Notes: generated by a model not told the origin, from the letters alone. Shown: positions 14,255 to 29,012, counted from the first letter of the stretch. The stretch: DNA of 64,000 nt from Octopus vulgaris (GCA_951406725.2 OX597822.1:1302001-1366000); one strand, 5' to 3'. A program made the numbers and translations.

Positions 14255-17002
14255 AAACACACACATTATTTATAATCATTTAATGATGACTTTTCATGGA
14301 GGCACAAGGCTACCAGTTTCGATGGGGGGGGGGGCGGAAATTAGCTGATGCCATAGATACAGTGCTTGACTATTGTTTTATTATCTCGACCCCAAAAAGA
14401 TGGGTATGAAATCAGAATGTAAAGAATTATAAATAGTAATAATAAGACGTTCATACAAGTATGTGCGTCCTTTCAGTATTGTCTACCAAATCCACTCGCA
14501 AGAATTTAAACGGCCCGAGGAGACACTTACCCAAAGTAGGAGACACTTACCCAAAGTGCCACCCAGAACCATGTGGTTGGGAAGCAAGCTTCTTTATTTG
14601 ATTAAATTTGCCATAAAGGCAGTACATAGTGTAAGGAAGCTTGCGGGCTGGACACGGGCATTAATGAGATGAATGATAATGATACAAGGATGATAAGGAT
14701 GGGAGAAGACAAAAAGCGTCCGCACACAGCTACACCTGCGCCTATGTATGAATACAATTCTATGTAGACACACAATCATGTTAACAGATCACTCATCTTA
14801 ACATGAATCTATGCAGACCTGAATAATTCTCTTAAGACAAAATCATACATGAACGTGTTATTATTAGATCAGGAAGACAAACCTGGACCAGGTTAGACCA
14901 CGCTAAATGCAGCCGTGCTTCACCGAAGTAAACTACACACCTGTTGAAACAACGGAAAACAACCATTAGCAGTGAAAATGCAGTGACTCCTCGCTTGAAT
15001 TATAATTTTCAATAAGGCGTCAACGATTCGATTTTGGCATCCGTCATTGTTTATTGTGATATCAAAATTGCAACACCGGCTTGTTTTCTCTACATCTCAC
15101 CCTCACCCTCCCTACTTCTCCCTTTTTATATCTCAATATTTGACCTCCTGTTGAAAATAAGCAAGTCTAAAGTAGGCAGCTTCATCAGCAAATCAAACTA
15201 TCCATGGTACGGGTATTGCAACTTAACGAACCAATCGAAAATTCAACTGCTCGCTACAACGTGCGATATCTCAAATCAAAAGAAAATCTGACCCAAATGC
15301 TTACAAGACAGCGGTGTCTGCTAAAAGCAACTAACGTACCTGCTTAAACCGGGCTGTGTATTAAGGTTACCGATTAATAGACCCATGGTATGACTTGGAC
15401 TGAGACCACAACGAACACAATCATGCATCCTGTCCGACATTCTTTAATCCACACCATTTCCTCGCCGTCCTGTATTGACGTCTTTAGAGTCCAAATCAAA
15501 CATCACAGCAGCAAAAGTTGAACTTAGAGCACAGAGATTCGTATGAAATTATGTGAGGCATTCAATCCGACGATAGCATCAATCCCCAACATACCACTTT
15601 CTTCTTCATCTAACAACTTACAGCCTTATCCAAACTAAACCTCTTTCTATAATTTGCACTAATACAAACCACTATATGGGAATCTGTGCTTTATATACGC
15701 CATTGCAAGTAATTAACTGAGGTCCAAATATTGTTCATGGTACTAAAGGAACTTATAGCTGACAGATAATGACAGGTTCATTGATTACACTCTATTACAA
15801 TGTAATTAGTGTTTTAGAATTGCCAGACAAGCTTTTCTAGCTTACATGCGATGATGGTGTTAAGAAACTATTAATATTGTTAACTATACAGTTAGAATTT
15901 AGAGACGATAATAGTGTGAAGTGTCTCTTAGCATTGTAATTTACCGTGATATTCTAGAGACTTTAATTTGTATCTGGCAATGGGGTACTAGTTCGGGATT
16001 TCCAGGGTTTTAAGGAATGTGGGGCCATCTCTTAACCACTTTAGTTCCAAGTATACTCTAACCTAAAGTAGTAGCACATGTCAAAGTCTCAGTTATAGGT
16101 TAACTAGCAAATTAGAGCCTTGCCAACCTTTGCAAGAGAACACTGGTGAAGGCTGGATCCGGCGGTTTCAGTGGAAGAATACTTCATGGTTCAACGTAGA
16201 AGAAAACAGCTGCAACACCGCATTTTGGTATCAGAGAGCAAGATGAGCCAATTCAGACACCTTGGTCATTCCCTACATCCGTTTCTACTTCTAGTCGGCT
16301 TGACTTGGTCTAGCCACTGGATCGATGGTCACGGACGTGAGTGTGAAATCGACTGAACGCAATACATTTTCACTTTAACCAAAGTCATTGCACAAGACAA
16401 GAGTCATCTTTAAGGATGACGAGATGATCCTCGTCAATCGAGCGGACGACCATGAGTTTAGAGACAAAGATTATGTTATTGACCTGCAGCTATTCTCAGC
16501 TATACTACTATTTCTCACGTAGATGCATAGAAGGCTATAACATCAAATCAAAGTTATCGCAAAATTTTAATAAAATTCAAAGTATTTAAATCTTTTTATA
16601 CTTGCCCAGTATAATGGCAAAAAAAGAAGCATTATAAAGATACGATCCCCACATTATTAATGAAGAAGGGCAAAAAAATTCACTGATTTTCAGGGGGAGT
16701 CATGTATTCGTCATGAGATATACTATGAATGCATAGATTATATAACCCCTTATACGCACGCACATGTACATCCTTGTGTATAAATCTATATATATATATA
16801 TATTGTGTAGGAGTACAATGAATGTGTACAGCATACGCATGGATAGTAAAATACAGCTGTTAATACTTTTGTATTGCGAATACATGTATTTGAATGTGTG
16901 TGTGAATGTAAAAAGCTATTTGCAGAAGAATGTTAGACTTTAATTGTGAATATGTAAATAGAAAGTACATACGTGTGTGAGTGCATTTGTGAGTGTCTGT
17001 GC

Positions 17003-17045
<43 letters not shown>

Positions 17046-17052
17046 TATATAA

Positions 17053-17139
<87 letters not shown>

Positions 17140-17794
17140 CAGATATATACATATACATATAATGTAAATATATAAATATTCTGTATAAATACGCACACAC
17201 ATATTTATGGCATGTGTATGCATACATACGTACATACATACGCAATATATATACATGCATATACATACACACGAATAAATATATAAATAAATAAATATGC
17301 GTATGTGTGTGTTTGTGTGTGTATACATGTGCTTGCATGGCTATTAATCATTGGGTATTTGGACGAGATAATTTGGATAGTCCATCAAAAATATTCCTCT
17401 GCTCTATATTATGGTGATAGCGCAGATGTACTTAAGATGTAAAGAGTTCTGCAATAAATTATATCTCCATGTTTCATGATGAATTCACTATTCAATATGG
17501 CGGTTGTCGAAACTGTCAGGGATTCACTGGGATTGGAAAGCATTGATGTGATTTCGTACTTATAACTTTCAGAAGATATACACAGAATATATATACATAT
17601 ATTCATATGTTTACGTATGTCATTGCTCATTTCGTTAATGTATTTAGTGCATTTTTCTCCTTATTTCTTTACTTTATCGCTTATTTACTGGTTTATTTAT
17701 ATTTTTATATTTGTTATTTTCTTTTGCTTTATGTATTTTCTGTTTATTTATTATGTGTTTTTCCCAATTTCTCCTATTATAAATTACTATTTTT

Positions 17795-17877
<83 letters not shown>

Positions 17878-18167
17878 GTCTGTCTGTCTGTCTGTCTGTC
17901 TGTATATCTATCTATCTATTCGTCTTCATGTGCTTTCCTGCTTGTGTGTACCGGTCTGTCATGTTGTCGATCTTTTACTCTCTCTCTCTCTCTCTCTCTC
18001 TACATATATACATACTTTCACACACGCGCACAAGTACGCTTATTTATTTCTTCTCTCTATCCGTCCATCCATCTATATGCATGCATGCATGTATGTATGC
18101 ATATATGCATGTATGTATATATGTATCTATCTATCTATCTGTCTATCTATCTATCTTTCTATCTATC

Positions 18168-18205
<38 letters not shown>

Positions 18206-18744
18206 GCTAGCTTTCTATCTATTTATTTGAATATGGAATGTTCTAAAGATATGTATTGGTTAATCTAGGCGGTTATATTTTTGTGATATTATTTTTATTA
18301 CATGTGTACAATATTTATTTATTTATTACCAAATATATATTTGAATATCTGTTGGTGAATGTGTAGTCCTCCATGTATGCGTGTATGTTTGTCTTTCTGT
18401 GAATTTTCCAACAGCAGAACACCCAATGTTTGTGTATAACTTATCTGTTCCGATGAGATATTTCCTTCTTTCTCTTCACTCTATTGATATGTTTCTTACA
18501 TACACATGCATACACTCTCGGACATATATATAAATATGTATATGTATGCAAAGATTAATCATATAATCATATTGATATGCGAATATAAATATATATACGG
18601 GCACCTATATGAGGATATGCAAATACAAATACAAGCTGTCCGGGATAAATTTGACAATATTTTTATTACCTTTTTCTTTCCGAAATAGCTTCATACGTTA
18701 GTGAAGTGTCAAATTTAGGCCGAACAAATTATACATATTATAGG

Positions 18745-19166
18745 TTTTCTACTATAGGCACAAGGTCCGAAATGTTAGGGAGGGGGATAGTCGATTGGAC
18801 CGACCCCAGTACGCAACTGGTACTTCATTTATCGACCCTGAAAGGCAAAGTCGACCTCGGTGGAATTTGAACTCAGAATATAAAGACAAACGAAATACCG
18901 CTAATCATTTCGCCCGGCGTACTAACGCTTCTTATTTCTTTATTACCCACAAGGGGCTAAACACAGAGGAAACAAACAAGGACAGACAAACGGATTAAGT
19001 CGATTATATCGACCGCAGTGCATAACTGGTACTTATTTAATCGACCCTGAAAGGATGAAAGGTTAAGTCGACTTCGGCGGAATTTGAACTCAGAACGTAA
19101 CGGCAGCCGAAATACCGATAAGCATTTCGCCCGGCGTGCTAACGTTTCTGCCAGCTCGCCGCCTTA
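18745..19166 (-). mobile_element. two abutting tRNA-derived SINEs, family C (shared head, different tails)
   Basis: Both carry ATCGACCCTGAAAGG..AAGTCGAC.TCGG.GGAATTTGAACTCAGAA..GAAATACCG.TAA.CATTTCGCCCGGCGT.CTAACG, with junction at ~18930. Homologs at 30145-30280, 41725-41925 and 54992-55205. Confidence 0.8.
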
Positions 19167-19937
19167 TTGTACATATTATTATATCATATATATGTGTGTT
19201 TGTGTGTGTGTGGGTGTGTTTATATATACCTCCTCCTCCTCCTCATACACACTGATTAATAATATGCATGTTCGGTACTTCTGTCAGCTTTTATAATGGA
19301 CACATTTAATCATAAACGAAGTGTGTGTGTGTGTGTGCATGTGTGTGTGTGTGCATGTGTGCGTGTGTGTGTGTGTGTAAAAGCTATGGTCGTCAGAGGC
19401 TTGTGAGGATTACGTGATGTCAGAATCCACCTTGATTTCAGTAACGGTTATCGGTACCCGTGCACGTACGAGTGGACGCCCACTCCACTTCCGCACTCTT
19501 GATCCAGCGGATTATTCAGTATGTGACAACTGGATCAGATGAAAAATGTACCAATGATTGGGTGGTTCGATATCTATCGTCCTTCAGATGAGGAAAGGCA
19601 GAGTTGATTTCTCTGGGCTTTGAAAAATATGGCAACGTATCCTGTTTAATTCTGCAACACTTTGCCAAACGCACATGCCCGCCCACATGAACACATACCT
19701 ATTCACATATACAATTAACAACAGAAATGTTTATATAACACATACACACGCATACACACACACACACACACACACTTTTATCCATATTCATATTCGTATA
19801 TATATATATATATAAAACTTATAAACAAGGCTAAAGAAACTTATTCCTATGCCAATATGCTGATAACAGACTTTTAAATCGTCAATATTATTTACTCGCT
19901 GATGAAGTTTTTTTCGGTAAAGAAACTTCATCCTATA

Positions 19938-19996
<59 letters not shown>

Positions 19997-20911
19997 AAGT
20001 AACTTTGTTTTTCTCATAGCTTAAAATACTTAAATTAAATACTTAAATTATAGTGTCAGTCCTTATATGATACAATCGTATCTTTTTGGCTGTACGTTTC
20101 TATGGGAGATGATATATATAATTATATAATTATATAATTTGATGTAAATAGACTGAACAATTTTACACCTGGACACAAAATCTCTCGCTTAAACTGCTTA
20201 TTGCTAGGAAAGTTGTTTTCATTTTTTTTTGTTTGTTCTTACTAAGTTTGCTTTTGTAGATTTAGCCCTAGGTCAGCCCTAATCATGGGCATTCAAGCAG
20301 TGTATATTTATGTTCCTTCTCTTTATTTTTGCAATATCGTGATCGTATGACACGAGGGAAAGTTTCCTGATATTTCTAGCAGGTCATATGTTGCGATATC
20401 ATTACTGGTGAATAGTAATATATATGCTCTCTACATCAAATGTGATGGAAGTAAACTCTTAATATAGTATAAATACGTCGAGGGGAGAGAAATAAAAAAA
20501 ACTCATATTCCAGAGTTAATGACAGTGTCAGTCAAAGTAACGCTACTTTTTATAAATAGGCAGAAACTCAAATTAAACCACTCCGTCCAAATGGTAAGTC
20601 CGTGATGGTCTAGAAACTCTGATGTGGATTTGAGACCATTATGATTCAAAATACTTCGCATAGAGCTGCAAGGGCTGCAAGCAAGAAGTAGCAACTAAAG
20701 TTCCCTCAATCGATAATCTACAGATTAGAAAACCTAATACTGGTTATGGGCTGCGTGCAAAGCACAGGCAGAAGATTACGGCTTTATGAGAGATATCTTT
20801 GGAAACGATATGATGTGGGAATAAATCACAAGGTCACTTCCTCTGTGGCGACAGTATCATACACACACACACATATATATGTCTATATGTATATATATAT
20901 ATGTGTGTATA

Positions 20912-20978
<67 letters not shown>

Positions 20979-21449
20979 GTGTGTGTGTGTATGTATATGT
21001 ATATTTATATGTATATGTGCATGTATGTGTATGTGTGTATATATATGTATGTGTGTGTGCATGTGTGTTTGTATATATATATATATTTACATGTGGGCTT
21101 TCTAATTACATTTTACGATGAACAGGCTAAATAGTAATTACAGAAAATTACAGAAGATTACTATATAAAGCATATAAGTATATAGTTTATAACATTCTTT
21201 ATCATTAGAGTATTTAAAAATTAAGTTAATACCGTAAATTGTTAATTTCAATTACCTATTGTAGATATCATATGAACTTGATGTGGTGGAGTCGGTTGTA
21301 GAGGTGGAAGTGATATCTTATCGTTATGAATTACAGATATGACGTTTCCCTGGTTTTTGCATCTCATTCCTAAAATCCTAAGGCGATTGAGAAGTGGTAG
21401 GGAATGAGGCAGCGTGGGCAGCCTCATCGAGATTATTACTGGCTTAATA

Positions 21450-22700
21450 GCTGCTGTAACTCCGAATAATGAAGAATTCCCTCTTGACTCTATGGTGTTG
21501 ATAATATTGCTGAAAATCAGCTTCTGTTGACAAGTCAAAGAACAAAAAATTGTTATAAAGACATGAAGTTGAAATATCTAGGCAATGGTTCCTTGCCTAC
21601 AACATCCTCCGTATCTCTGCCGTCACTAACAAGAACTTCATCTGCAATTTCTTCTGCTAATACTTGGTATCCAGGATTACACTTTATATCCTTTTTTCTA
21701 GGTTCTGACATCGTCTTATGTGACACCTATTTCTCCTGCTCTCAGAATTATACGATGAAAAGCACACTCCTTGAGTACTTCACAGTCATATTATACCTTC
21801 ATATTGTAAAAAATTGTTTTTCATTGTATGATATGTATTAGTTGGAGATGTATTCTTCTGAACATTCATGAATCTGTTAAGTTCAATATTGCAGAATCGA
21901 GGCGGTAGTTCTTGATGATAACGTGAATACTTTGGCTTCATGTAATTTCACTCTTCTATCAACATGCGCTCTCCGTCCAAATATCTTCGTTGGTGACAAT
22001 TATGTCTTCAACAACTATTGGCTACGTAGGGAATGTGGCAAGAGAATGCCCCTTAATTTACTATCGTTACTGATAAATTGACGGACATTTGGAGGGGTCA
22101 GGTTCATTGTAAAACAGTAGCACATTTATCTGAACAACCAAACTTTGAAAACATTTTCGTGGGATATCAGCATTACAGGAATGAAATGGCGGCAAAACCA
22201 AGTAAATATATGCATGTTGAACCAAGACCTTGATGGGTAGTAATAATGTCCTGATAGAGGATGCATCATGTCATTGGAACACCACTTCATGCGATGACTC
22301 TTACCATCAGTAGTTTTAACGGAGTTATATCTTCTGCATTCACTGGGAAACTTTCTTTATTTCTTATGCACAGGACTGTAACCTGCAGTGTCAAAGGCCT
22401 GGTGGTTCTATCATCGATGTAATCTAGTAAAGAAATTGGGATCTCTTTAGAGTTAATTATTTCGTGTAACCTCTTTCTGAACGGTTCCATTTCCTCAATT
22501 CATGTGATGCCTGCTTTGTTGATAGCCAAAATATTCCTCAGCTTATGAGGATTTCTAAATCCCCATAAAGGTCAGTCACTAGTTTCGATAATCTTGATAC
22601 TCCTATGCACTGCCATTTTGGGCGAGGATCTTTGAATTTGTATTCCACAAACCTTGTCACCGCAAGATTGTTAATGACTAATTCACATCATCACTGCTTT
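21450..22700 (-). mobile_element. heavily decayed pogo/Tigger (jerky/CENP-B-like DDE) transposase relic
   Basis: Colinear minus-strand peptides: GFRNPHKLRNI (cf. GWL.RF..RH.I), PFRKRLHEII..LLDYIDD, NAEDITPLKLLMV (cf. NA.G.HKLKLLVI), YYYPSRSWFNMHIFTWFCRHFIP (cf. KAW.T..F..WF...F.P), PPNVRQFI..D..GIL (cf. LPPN.TS.IQPMDQG), IIKNYRLDSAILN, DDVRT*..NPGYQVLAEEIA. Many stops and frameshifts. Confidence 0.7.
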
Positions 22701-23428
22701 CCCATAATTTGCATATTGTACTTACAATTCCATTATGAGATTAGGCTATTTTTCTCAACATGAAACCAATGTAGCCGTAATACACGTAAGTAGAAATTTT
22801 ATCCACCAGTGCGGTGTTGAGCATTTATTCTCTGAAAGTTGATGTTGCATTAGAACACAGAATACTGTCTTATTTTCTATTATATGGAATCGTATTGCAT
22901 AAAAGCACACGTGATAATATCATTGATGGGTGATATCCGTGTCCATAAAAACGCTGCTATTGCAAATAACATGGGGGCTTATTAAAAAATAATAGGGACA
23001 GAAGCAGTATTAGCACCAAAATGTGATATTTATTTCCCACTTAAAGTTAGAACTCAAAATATTGCGCTTTTTACAGTGAGAAGATTTCTCATAGGGATTG
23101 TGGTGCTATCAATGAATATTCAATAACTCCACAAACTATTTACGATACCAGTACCTGAAAAAACCATTGATATTCTATATATCGTTGAGGGCGAGAATCA
23201 GCTGCTGTGTCCCTGCTGGACGTCTGTTCAGAAAGCACCAAAGTACGTGATCTGGTTGTTCCAGTGATAGTAGCTGACGCTTATCACCAGTCAACCATGT
23301 AAATCTGAGAGCTTTTATGCACTACGAGTACATATGAGCGGTTCTCTCATGGAAAATAATGCAGTACACTCTGTTCTAACACAACACCCACTTTAGATGG
23401 GAGATGTCATGTGTGTGTGCGTGTGTGT

Positions 23429-23495
<67 letters not shown>

Positions 23496-23929
23496 CGTGC
23501 GTGCGCGTGTGTTTGCAAAATTTCAACAAGACCAGAGCCGAATAAGAAAGAAACCGAACAGTAGTAACAAAACACAGTATCATCGCTGCTGTGGTCGTCT
23601 TCTTCGAAATCAAAGTCAACGGCAAGAATAACCATTCGTTATAACCCTGGCACCAGGTCACATCTGGTGCAAAGTAGTAAAGTTGATATTTATGTGTATT
23701 TCATATATGGATTGGTAAGCAATTACGTCATTAGCAACAAATCGCCAACGGCCCAATTACTGGTTTGCTGTATTTCTCCTGTGATAGGCACTAACTTGGC
23801 ACTCTGGCCTCGAGGATAAATATCACAAAGGAATTCATTTGAAATGCAACAGCTTGGATTCTTTAGGATTTTTCGGTGATATTTTCATCCCAGATCTACA
23901 TATATTGCGAATCGGTAAAATATCTACAC

Positions 23930-25907
23930 GTATATTCTGCTGTGTCCGGGGAGAGTCAGTCTCTTTTGGTGCCTTATAATTTAACACACCCATCGGTAAA
24001 ATTTCCTCTTATTACTTTTTTTATTTTTCTAGAATTTTCCTTGCATCTTGCAACCTGTTCAATAGTTTTGACTCTGTCCGTTACCCACACTGCGTTCCTT
24101 TTTGTTTGTGCGCATGTGTGTGGATCAGTGTGTGCATGTCTACATATGCATGTATGTATGTATGTATGTATGTATGTATGTATGTATGTATGTATGTATG
24201 TATGTATGTGTGTGTGTGTGTGTGTGTGTGTATGCATGTATGTGCGTGTGCATATGTATATAATTATGTATGTGTATACATTTGTGTGTATGTATTCTTC
24301 GTATTCATGTGTTTGCATGCCCGTGTGTGTGTGTGTACCTCTGTCTTCTTGTGTGTACATGTCTGAGTACATGTGTGTGTGTTGCAACTATGTTCCGTGA
24401 TTGTATGTATGGATGTGCATCTCCATATGTGTGTGGGCGTGTGTCTCCATATGTGTCCTTGTGTGAGGTAAAGTGTGTGTGTATATATGGTCATGTGTTT
24501 CATTATACGCAATGGTAGCAGTGGTACCTTCCCCAGATATATAAACAAAGACTGGAATAGGATACAAAGAACTTGTGACAAAGCAAACAGGGACGAACAC
24601 GTGGTATAAAACCGACAAATATCAAGGAGTGATATTTGTAGAGGACGCAGCACATGGAGAACAAGCCCGTAGATTTAGAAAAGCTCTGAAGGAGACCAAA
24701 CTAAACATTAAGATTGTTGAAAAGCCAGGGAACTCCGTCAGATCACAACTATGTAGGACGTACCCATTTAAGAATACCATATGCACCAATGATAAATGCA
24801 TGGTATGTAGGATTAGCCCTGGCATTAACTATAGAACTAAAAATGTAGTCAACAGCGTAATATGCATAGAAGTTGCTTGTAAAGACATGACATACATAGG
24901 CGGGACATCTAGGAGCATTGCGGAAAAACTAAATAAACATTTGAGAAAATACGACGATAAAAAAACAGTCCTCCATACTCTACCAACATGCCAAGGACTA
25001 GCATGGAGGCAACCTGGGTCAACTTGAGATCCGCATCTTATCCAAGTACCCAACACTCAGACAAAAACGGGAGTACGTCCTCATAAATAAAACTTCTCCA
25101 ATACCAAATAGGAAATATACATAGTAGATATCATAGCTACTCCCATACCCACAGGTTATACAAGAAGAGTAGAATAGTTAGTGGGCTGTTATGTAGATAA
25201 ATGTATGTATGTGTGGGGGGTGGGTGGGTATATGTATATGTACATATATGTAAGCATATTGATATGAAAGTAAACAGATCAACGTACAGACGGATAGGTA
25301 CATAGGTTATACGAACAGAGAAGCACACATACGCAAATGGAAACTGAAACACATGACCATATATACATACACACATTACTTCACACAAGCACACATATGG
25401 AGACACACGCCCACACGTGTGGAGATGCACATCCATACATACAAACACGGTACATATTTGCAAAACACACACATACAGACATACACACACAAGGGGATAG
25501 AGATACACACACACATACAAACACACACACACACGCATGCACACATACACGGATATGAAAACACATGACTATGCAGAATACAGACATACATAAATATATA
25601 TATATGCACACACACACACACACACACACATATACATGCATACATACAATTGCATACATACATACACGCATACATGCATGCATGCATGTATAGCCACACA
25701 CACACACACACACTGATCCACACACATGCGCACAAACAAAAAGGAACGCAGTGTGGGTAACGGAGAGAGTCAAAACTATTGAGAAGATTGCAAGAAGCAA
25801 GAAAAATTTTAGAAAAATAAAAAATAAGAGGAAATTTTACCGTTGACTGAGTTGAATTATAAAGCACCAAAAGAGAATGACTCTCCCCAGACACAACATA
25901 ATATACT
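23930..25907 (+). mobile_element. Penelope-like element remnant: GIY-YIG endonuclease fragment (24575-25027) flanked by ~570-bp inverted repeats (23930-24502 / 25345-25907)
   Basis: ORF 24575..25027: IKIVEKPGNSVRSQL..CTNDKCMVC..TKNVV..VIC..C..YIGGTSRSI..K..KH (PLE GIY-YIG with Cys linker). Arms are reverse complements, e.g. CCGTTACCCACACTGCGTTCCTTTTTGTTTGTGCGCATGTGTGTGGATCAGTG. Confidence 0.8.
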
Positions 25908-26684
25908 TCAACACACGAACTCACATAAAGAATCTTGCAAACCAAATCCCAAAACGAAATTTACACGTGTTTTATCATTTACTTGTTTCAGTCATTTGGC
26001 TGAGGCCATGCTGGAATACCAACTTGAAGTGGTTTATTGCAACAAATTCACTCCGGTACTTTTTCTTTCAGCTCTTTACTAAGTGAAATCAAATGCCGCC
26101 GAGGTCAGCTTTGCTTTTCATTTGATTGGGGCAGTTTAAAACAAAGTGCCTTTCTTGTCTTGGGAGGAGTATGATCGCCTAATCTTGTCCTTCCCAAATC
26201 GAGGTGCCTAAATTAGAAGCAGCTAGATAAATGAATCTGTGGTGGAAATTCATATTCATATTGCATTCTGTTGCCCTAGTTATAAATTAAACAAATAATA
26301 ATAATAAAAACCACAACGTTGTTTAACAGTTGTTGGGCGTAGCCTGTTCGAAGGCCGGGGACAAAACTGAATTTTTTGATAATAAATTATTTTACATTAG
26401 CATTTACTATGCCTTGTGAAGGTGTGTGCCTAGTGGTTAGGATATTGGGTTTTTGATCATGAAGTTATTGGGTTCCATTCCTACTATTGGCAACGCAAGG
26501 ATTTCATTTCTCGTTGCTTTAGTCTGCTCGGTTGCAGTTGAGCACCAGCTGGGTGCCGGTGCAGCTGTCTCTATCAGAATGTTTTGCAGGATCTTAGGTG
26601 GGAGAGTCGTCAAAGTGACTAGAGTGTAGTGCTCCCGACTACACGGACATCTAAATTAATTAAGAAAAGTACAGGATGTGGCAT

Positions 26685-27063
26685 CTACAACTGACAACCA
26701 GCAGTTCTTTTTTTCTGCTGTTTTGTCCAGGTGTGTTGCCAGCCCAGTTCGATCATGAAAATTTCGATTATTTGGAGTCAGTACTGTTGAGTCGTGGTAA
26801 GGGCATTAGTTAGCCTTAATCCAGCTCTACTCACAGATACAGGAATAACCTAATTATCAAGACTTGTGCCCTCACAGCTACAAGACTGACAGCTAGCTGT
26901 TGCTTTTTTTCCTGCTCTCTTGTGGTATCTTTTCAGTTAGATCATAAACATTTGGAGCATTTGGAGCTATAACTGTTGAGTCGTAGTAAGGGAATCAGTT
27001 AACTTTAATCCAGCACTACCCACAGATACAGGAATAACCTAATTACCAAGAACTTGTGCCCTC
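26685..27063. repeat. diverged tandem duplication, ~190-bp unit x2
   Basis: ACTGTTGAGTCGT.GTAAGGG..T.AGTTA.C.TTAATCCAGC.CTAC.CACAGATACAGGAATAACCTAATTA.CAAG occurs at ~26782 and ~26972. Confidence 0.85.
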
Positions 27064-27590
27064 TCCGCCACATGATCTCTGCCCTCTTTGGTAAACTTAA
27101 GTGCATGCCCGTTTACGTAGGCCATTCACGCCATTCATACTCACATTTTCGACAATAATTAATAAAATTAGGCGAAAAGCGTAACCGACGATAAAAGCAA
27201 AATGAATTTGTTTCTGCTTCGATGCCTTCCTTCAGTTCAGTTAATATTTGTTAAGGACAGAGTGGAGATATTTGTTCGTTTGTTTCAACCTTAGTATTTG
27301 TGCGGCAGTTTTATTGCTTTCATCATCTTTTTTTTTCTTGGATTTCTTTTAGTTTATTACAAATAGCTTAAATGCGACTCTCCACCTCGCGCTGTTCAAT
27401 ATCTCTCATCTGGAAAGTCATAAATAAATATATTAAATACACATAAGAAAAAAAATAAGAAAAATACAATAAATGTCAATTTGCTCGTGCTAAACTTTCT
27501 CTTCTACCCTACACTCTGTGTCTGTCTGTCTGTCTGTCCCCCTCTCTCTCTCTCTCTCTCACTCTTTCTGCTGTCTGTCTGTCTCTCTCT

Positions 27591-27636
<46 letters not shown>

Positions 27637-27699
27637 TATATATATATAATGCCACAGCTCATGAGCTGAAACTAGATCAAATCAAATATATACTATATT

Positions 27700-27866
27700 T
27701 ACTGCTGAAATTTACGGAAAAACAAAAGACGAAGACAGGTATATGAACAACAAGCAGGTGTGTTAGTTTGACGCTCGGGAAAGTGAGAAAGTCTTTCACG
27801 TTTCGAGCCTATGCTCTTCAACAGAAAGGAATAAGAGAAAATAAACGGAGATAGAATAAAAAAAAA
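27700..27866 (-). mobile_element. non-autonomous PLE terminal-repeat element (family H1) carrying a hammerhead-like motif
   Basis: AAACAAAAGACGAAGACAGGT..GTTTCGAGCCTATGCTCTTCAACAGAAAG; homologous to 49383-49560 and 54460-54635. Confidence 0.65.
27793..27828 (-). ncRNA. minimal type-I hammerhead-like motif, variant core, probably inactive (G at cleavage position)
   Basis: Minus strand: CTTT-CTGTTGA-A-GAGC(ATAG)GCTC-GAAA-CG-TG-AAAG. Confidence 0.5.
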
Positions 27867-27884
27867 CTCGTGTGTGTGTGTTTA

Positions 27885-28590
27885 AGTGTTTCACTTATTG
27901 GTCTGCGTTCATGCTGGGGCACTGCCCTTGAAATTTTTAGTCGAACGAACTGAACCCAGTATCTATGTTTTTAAGCCTAGTACGTATCCTTTCGGTGTTT
28001 TTCGCCAAGCCCCTATGTTACGCAGAAGTAAACAGCCCACCGCCTGTTGTCAAGCAATAATAGGAGACAAACTGGAACTCAAAGACTCATAAATACTGAG
28101 ACCCCCTTCGGTCACGACACAGACCATGGGATTGCACCTAAATTACCCTCCCAGGCACAAGTCCGGTCAAAGTTGTTTTATGGAAGACCAGCAGTCGCCC
28201 ATGCATACCGGCCTCCCCTCTCCACGCCACAGTGTTATTCAAGGGAAAGGCAAAGGGGCCGATACAGCTTGGCACCTGTGACGCCGCAACTCATTTTTAC
28301 AGCTGAGTGAACTGGAGAAACGTGAAATAAAGTGTTTTGCTGAAGAACACAACACGGGATTCGAGCTCACAACCTCATGATCGTAAGCTTGACGCTCTAA
28401 CTACTGAGCCATGCGTCTTCACTCATAGATACACGCACACATTTACACACACACACACATACACACACACACACACACATGTATACTTTGGGTTTCTTTC
28501 ACTTTCCGTCTACGAAATGCATTTACAAGACATTGATTGGTGGGGGCACGCCATGGGATTGAACTCCGGACCATACAGTTGGGAAGCATA
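27885..28590 (-). mobile_element. SINE family A split by a nested tRNA/CORE-like SINE (28097-28420) with a 12-bp TSD
   Basis: Nested copy has a tRNA-like head (GGGATTCGAGCTC, CTAACTACTGAGCCATGCG) and TGAACTGGAG.AACGTGAAATAAAGTG. Flanked by ACTCATAAATAC (28085-96) and ACTCATAGATAC (28421-32). Confidence 0.75.
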
Positions 28591-28691
28591 TTGTTCGAAG
28601 ATTTTAGAAGACAGTTGTGAACACGTGTTTCTGTCTCAATTATTGTCATTAGCATAACTATCGTAGCCAAGGGACTCATAAATCTTTGTGG

Positions 28692-28764
<73 letters not shown>

Positions 28765-28765
28765 G

Positions 28766-28800
<35 letters not shown>

Positions 28801-28809
28801 GTATGTATG

Positions 28810-28902
<93 letters not shown>

Positions 28903-29012
28903 GTCTATCTATCTATATATCTATCTGTCTATCTATCTGTCTGTCTGTCTGTCTGCCTGCCTGCCTGCCTGTATGTCTGTCTGTCTGTCTGTCTGTCAGT
29001 CTGTCTGTCTGC
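28692..29012. repeat. (TATC)n/(TGTC)n microsatellite
   Basis: Directly visible. Confidence 0.95.

Noticed and set aside
19899-19935. CTGATGA...GAAAC as a hammerhead (also the inverted relative at 2161-2203)
   Set aside because: No stem I or III pairing; the sequence instead forms a simple hairpin GATGAAGTTT/AAACTTCATC that sequesters the core.
21900-22500. Gypsy integrase interpretation of the decayed coding region
   Set aside because: Colinear motifs fit a pogo/Tigger DDE transposase much better.
25835-25890. Possible hammerhead in the inverted arms around the GIY-YIG fragment
   Set aside because: Only a GAG/CTC stem; the core (CCGTTGA/CCGATGG, CAAAA) is not canonical and no stem I can be formed.
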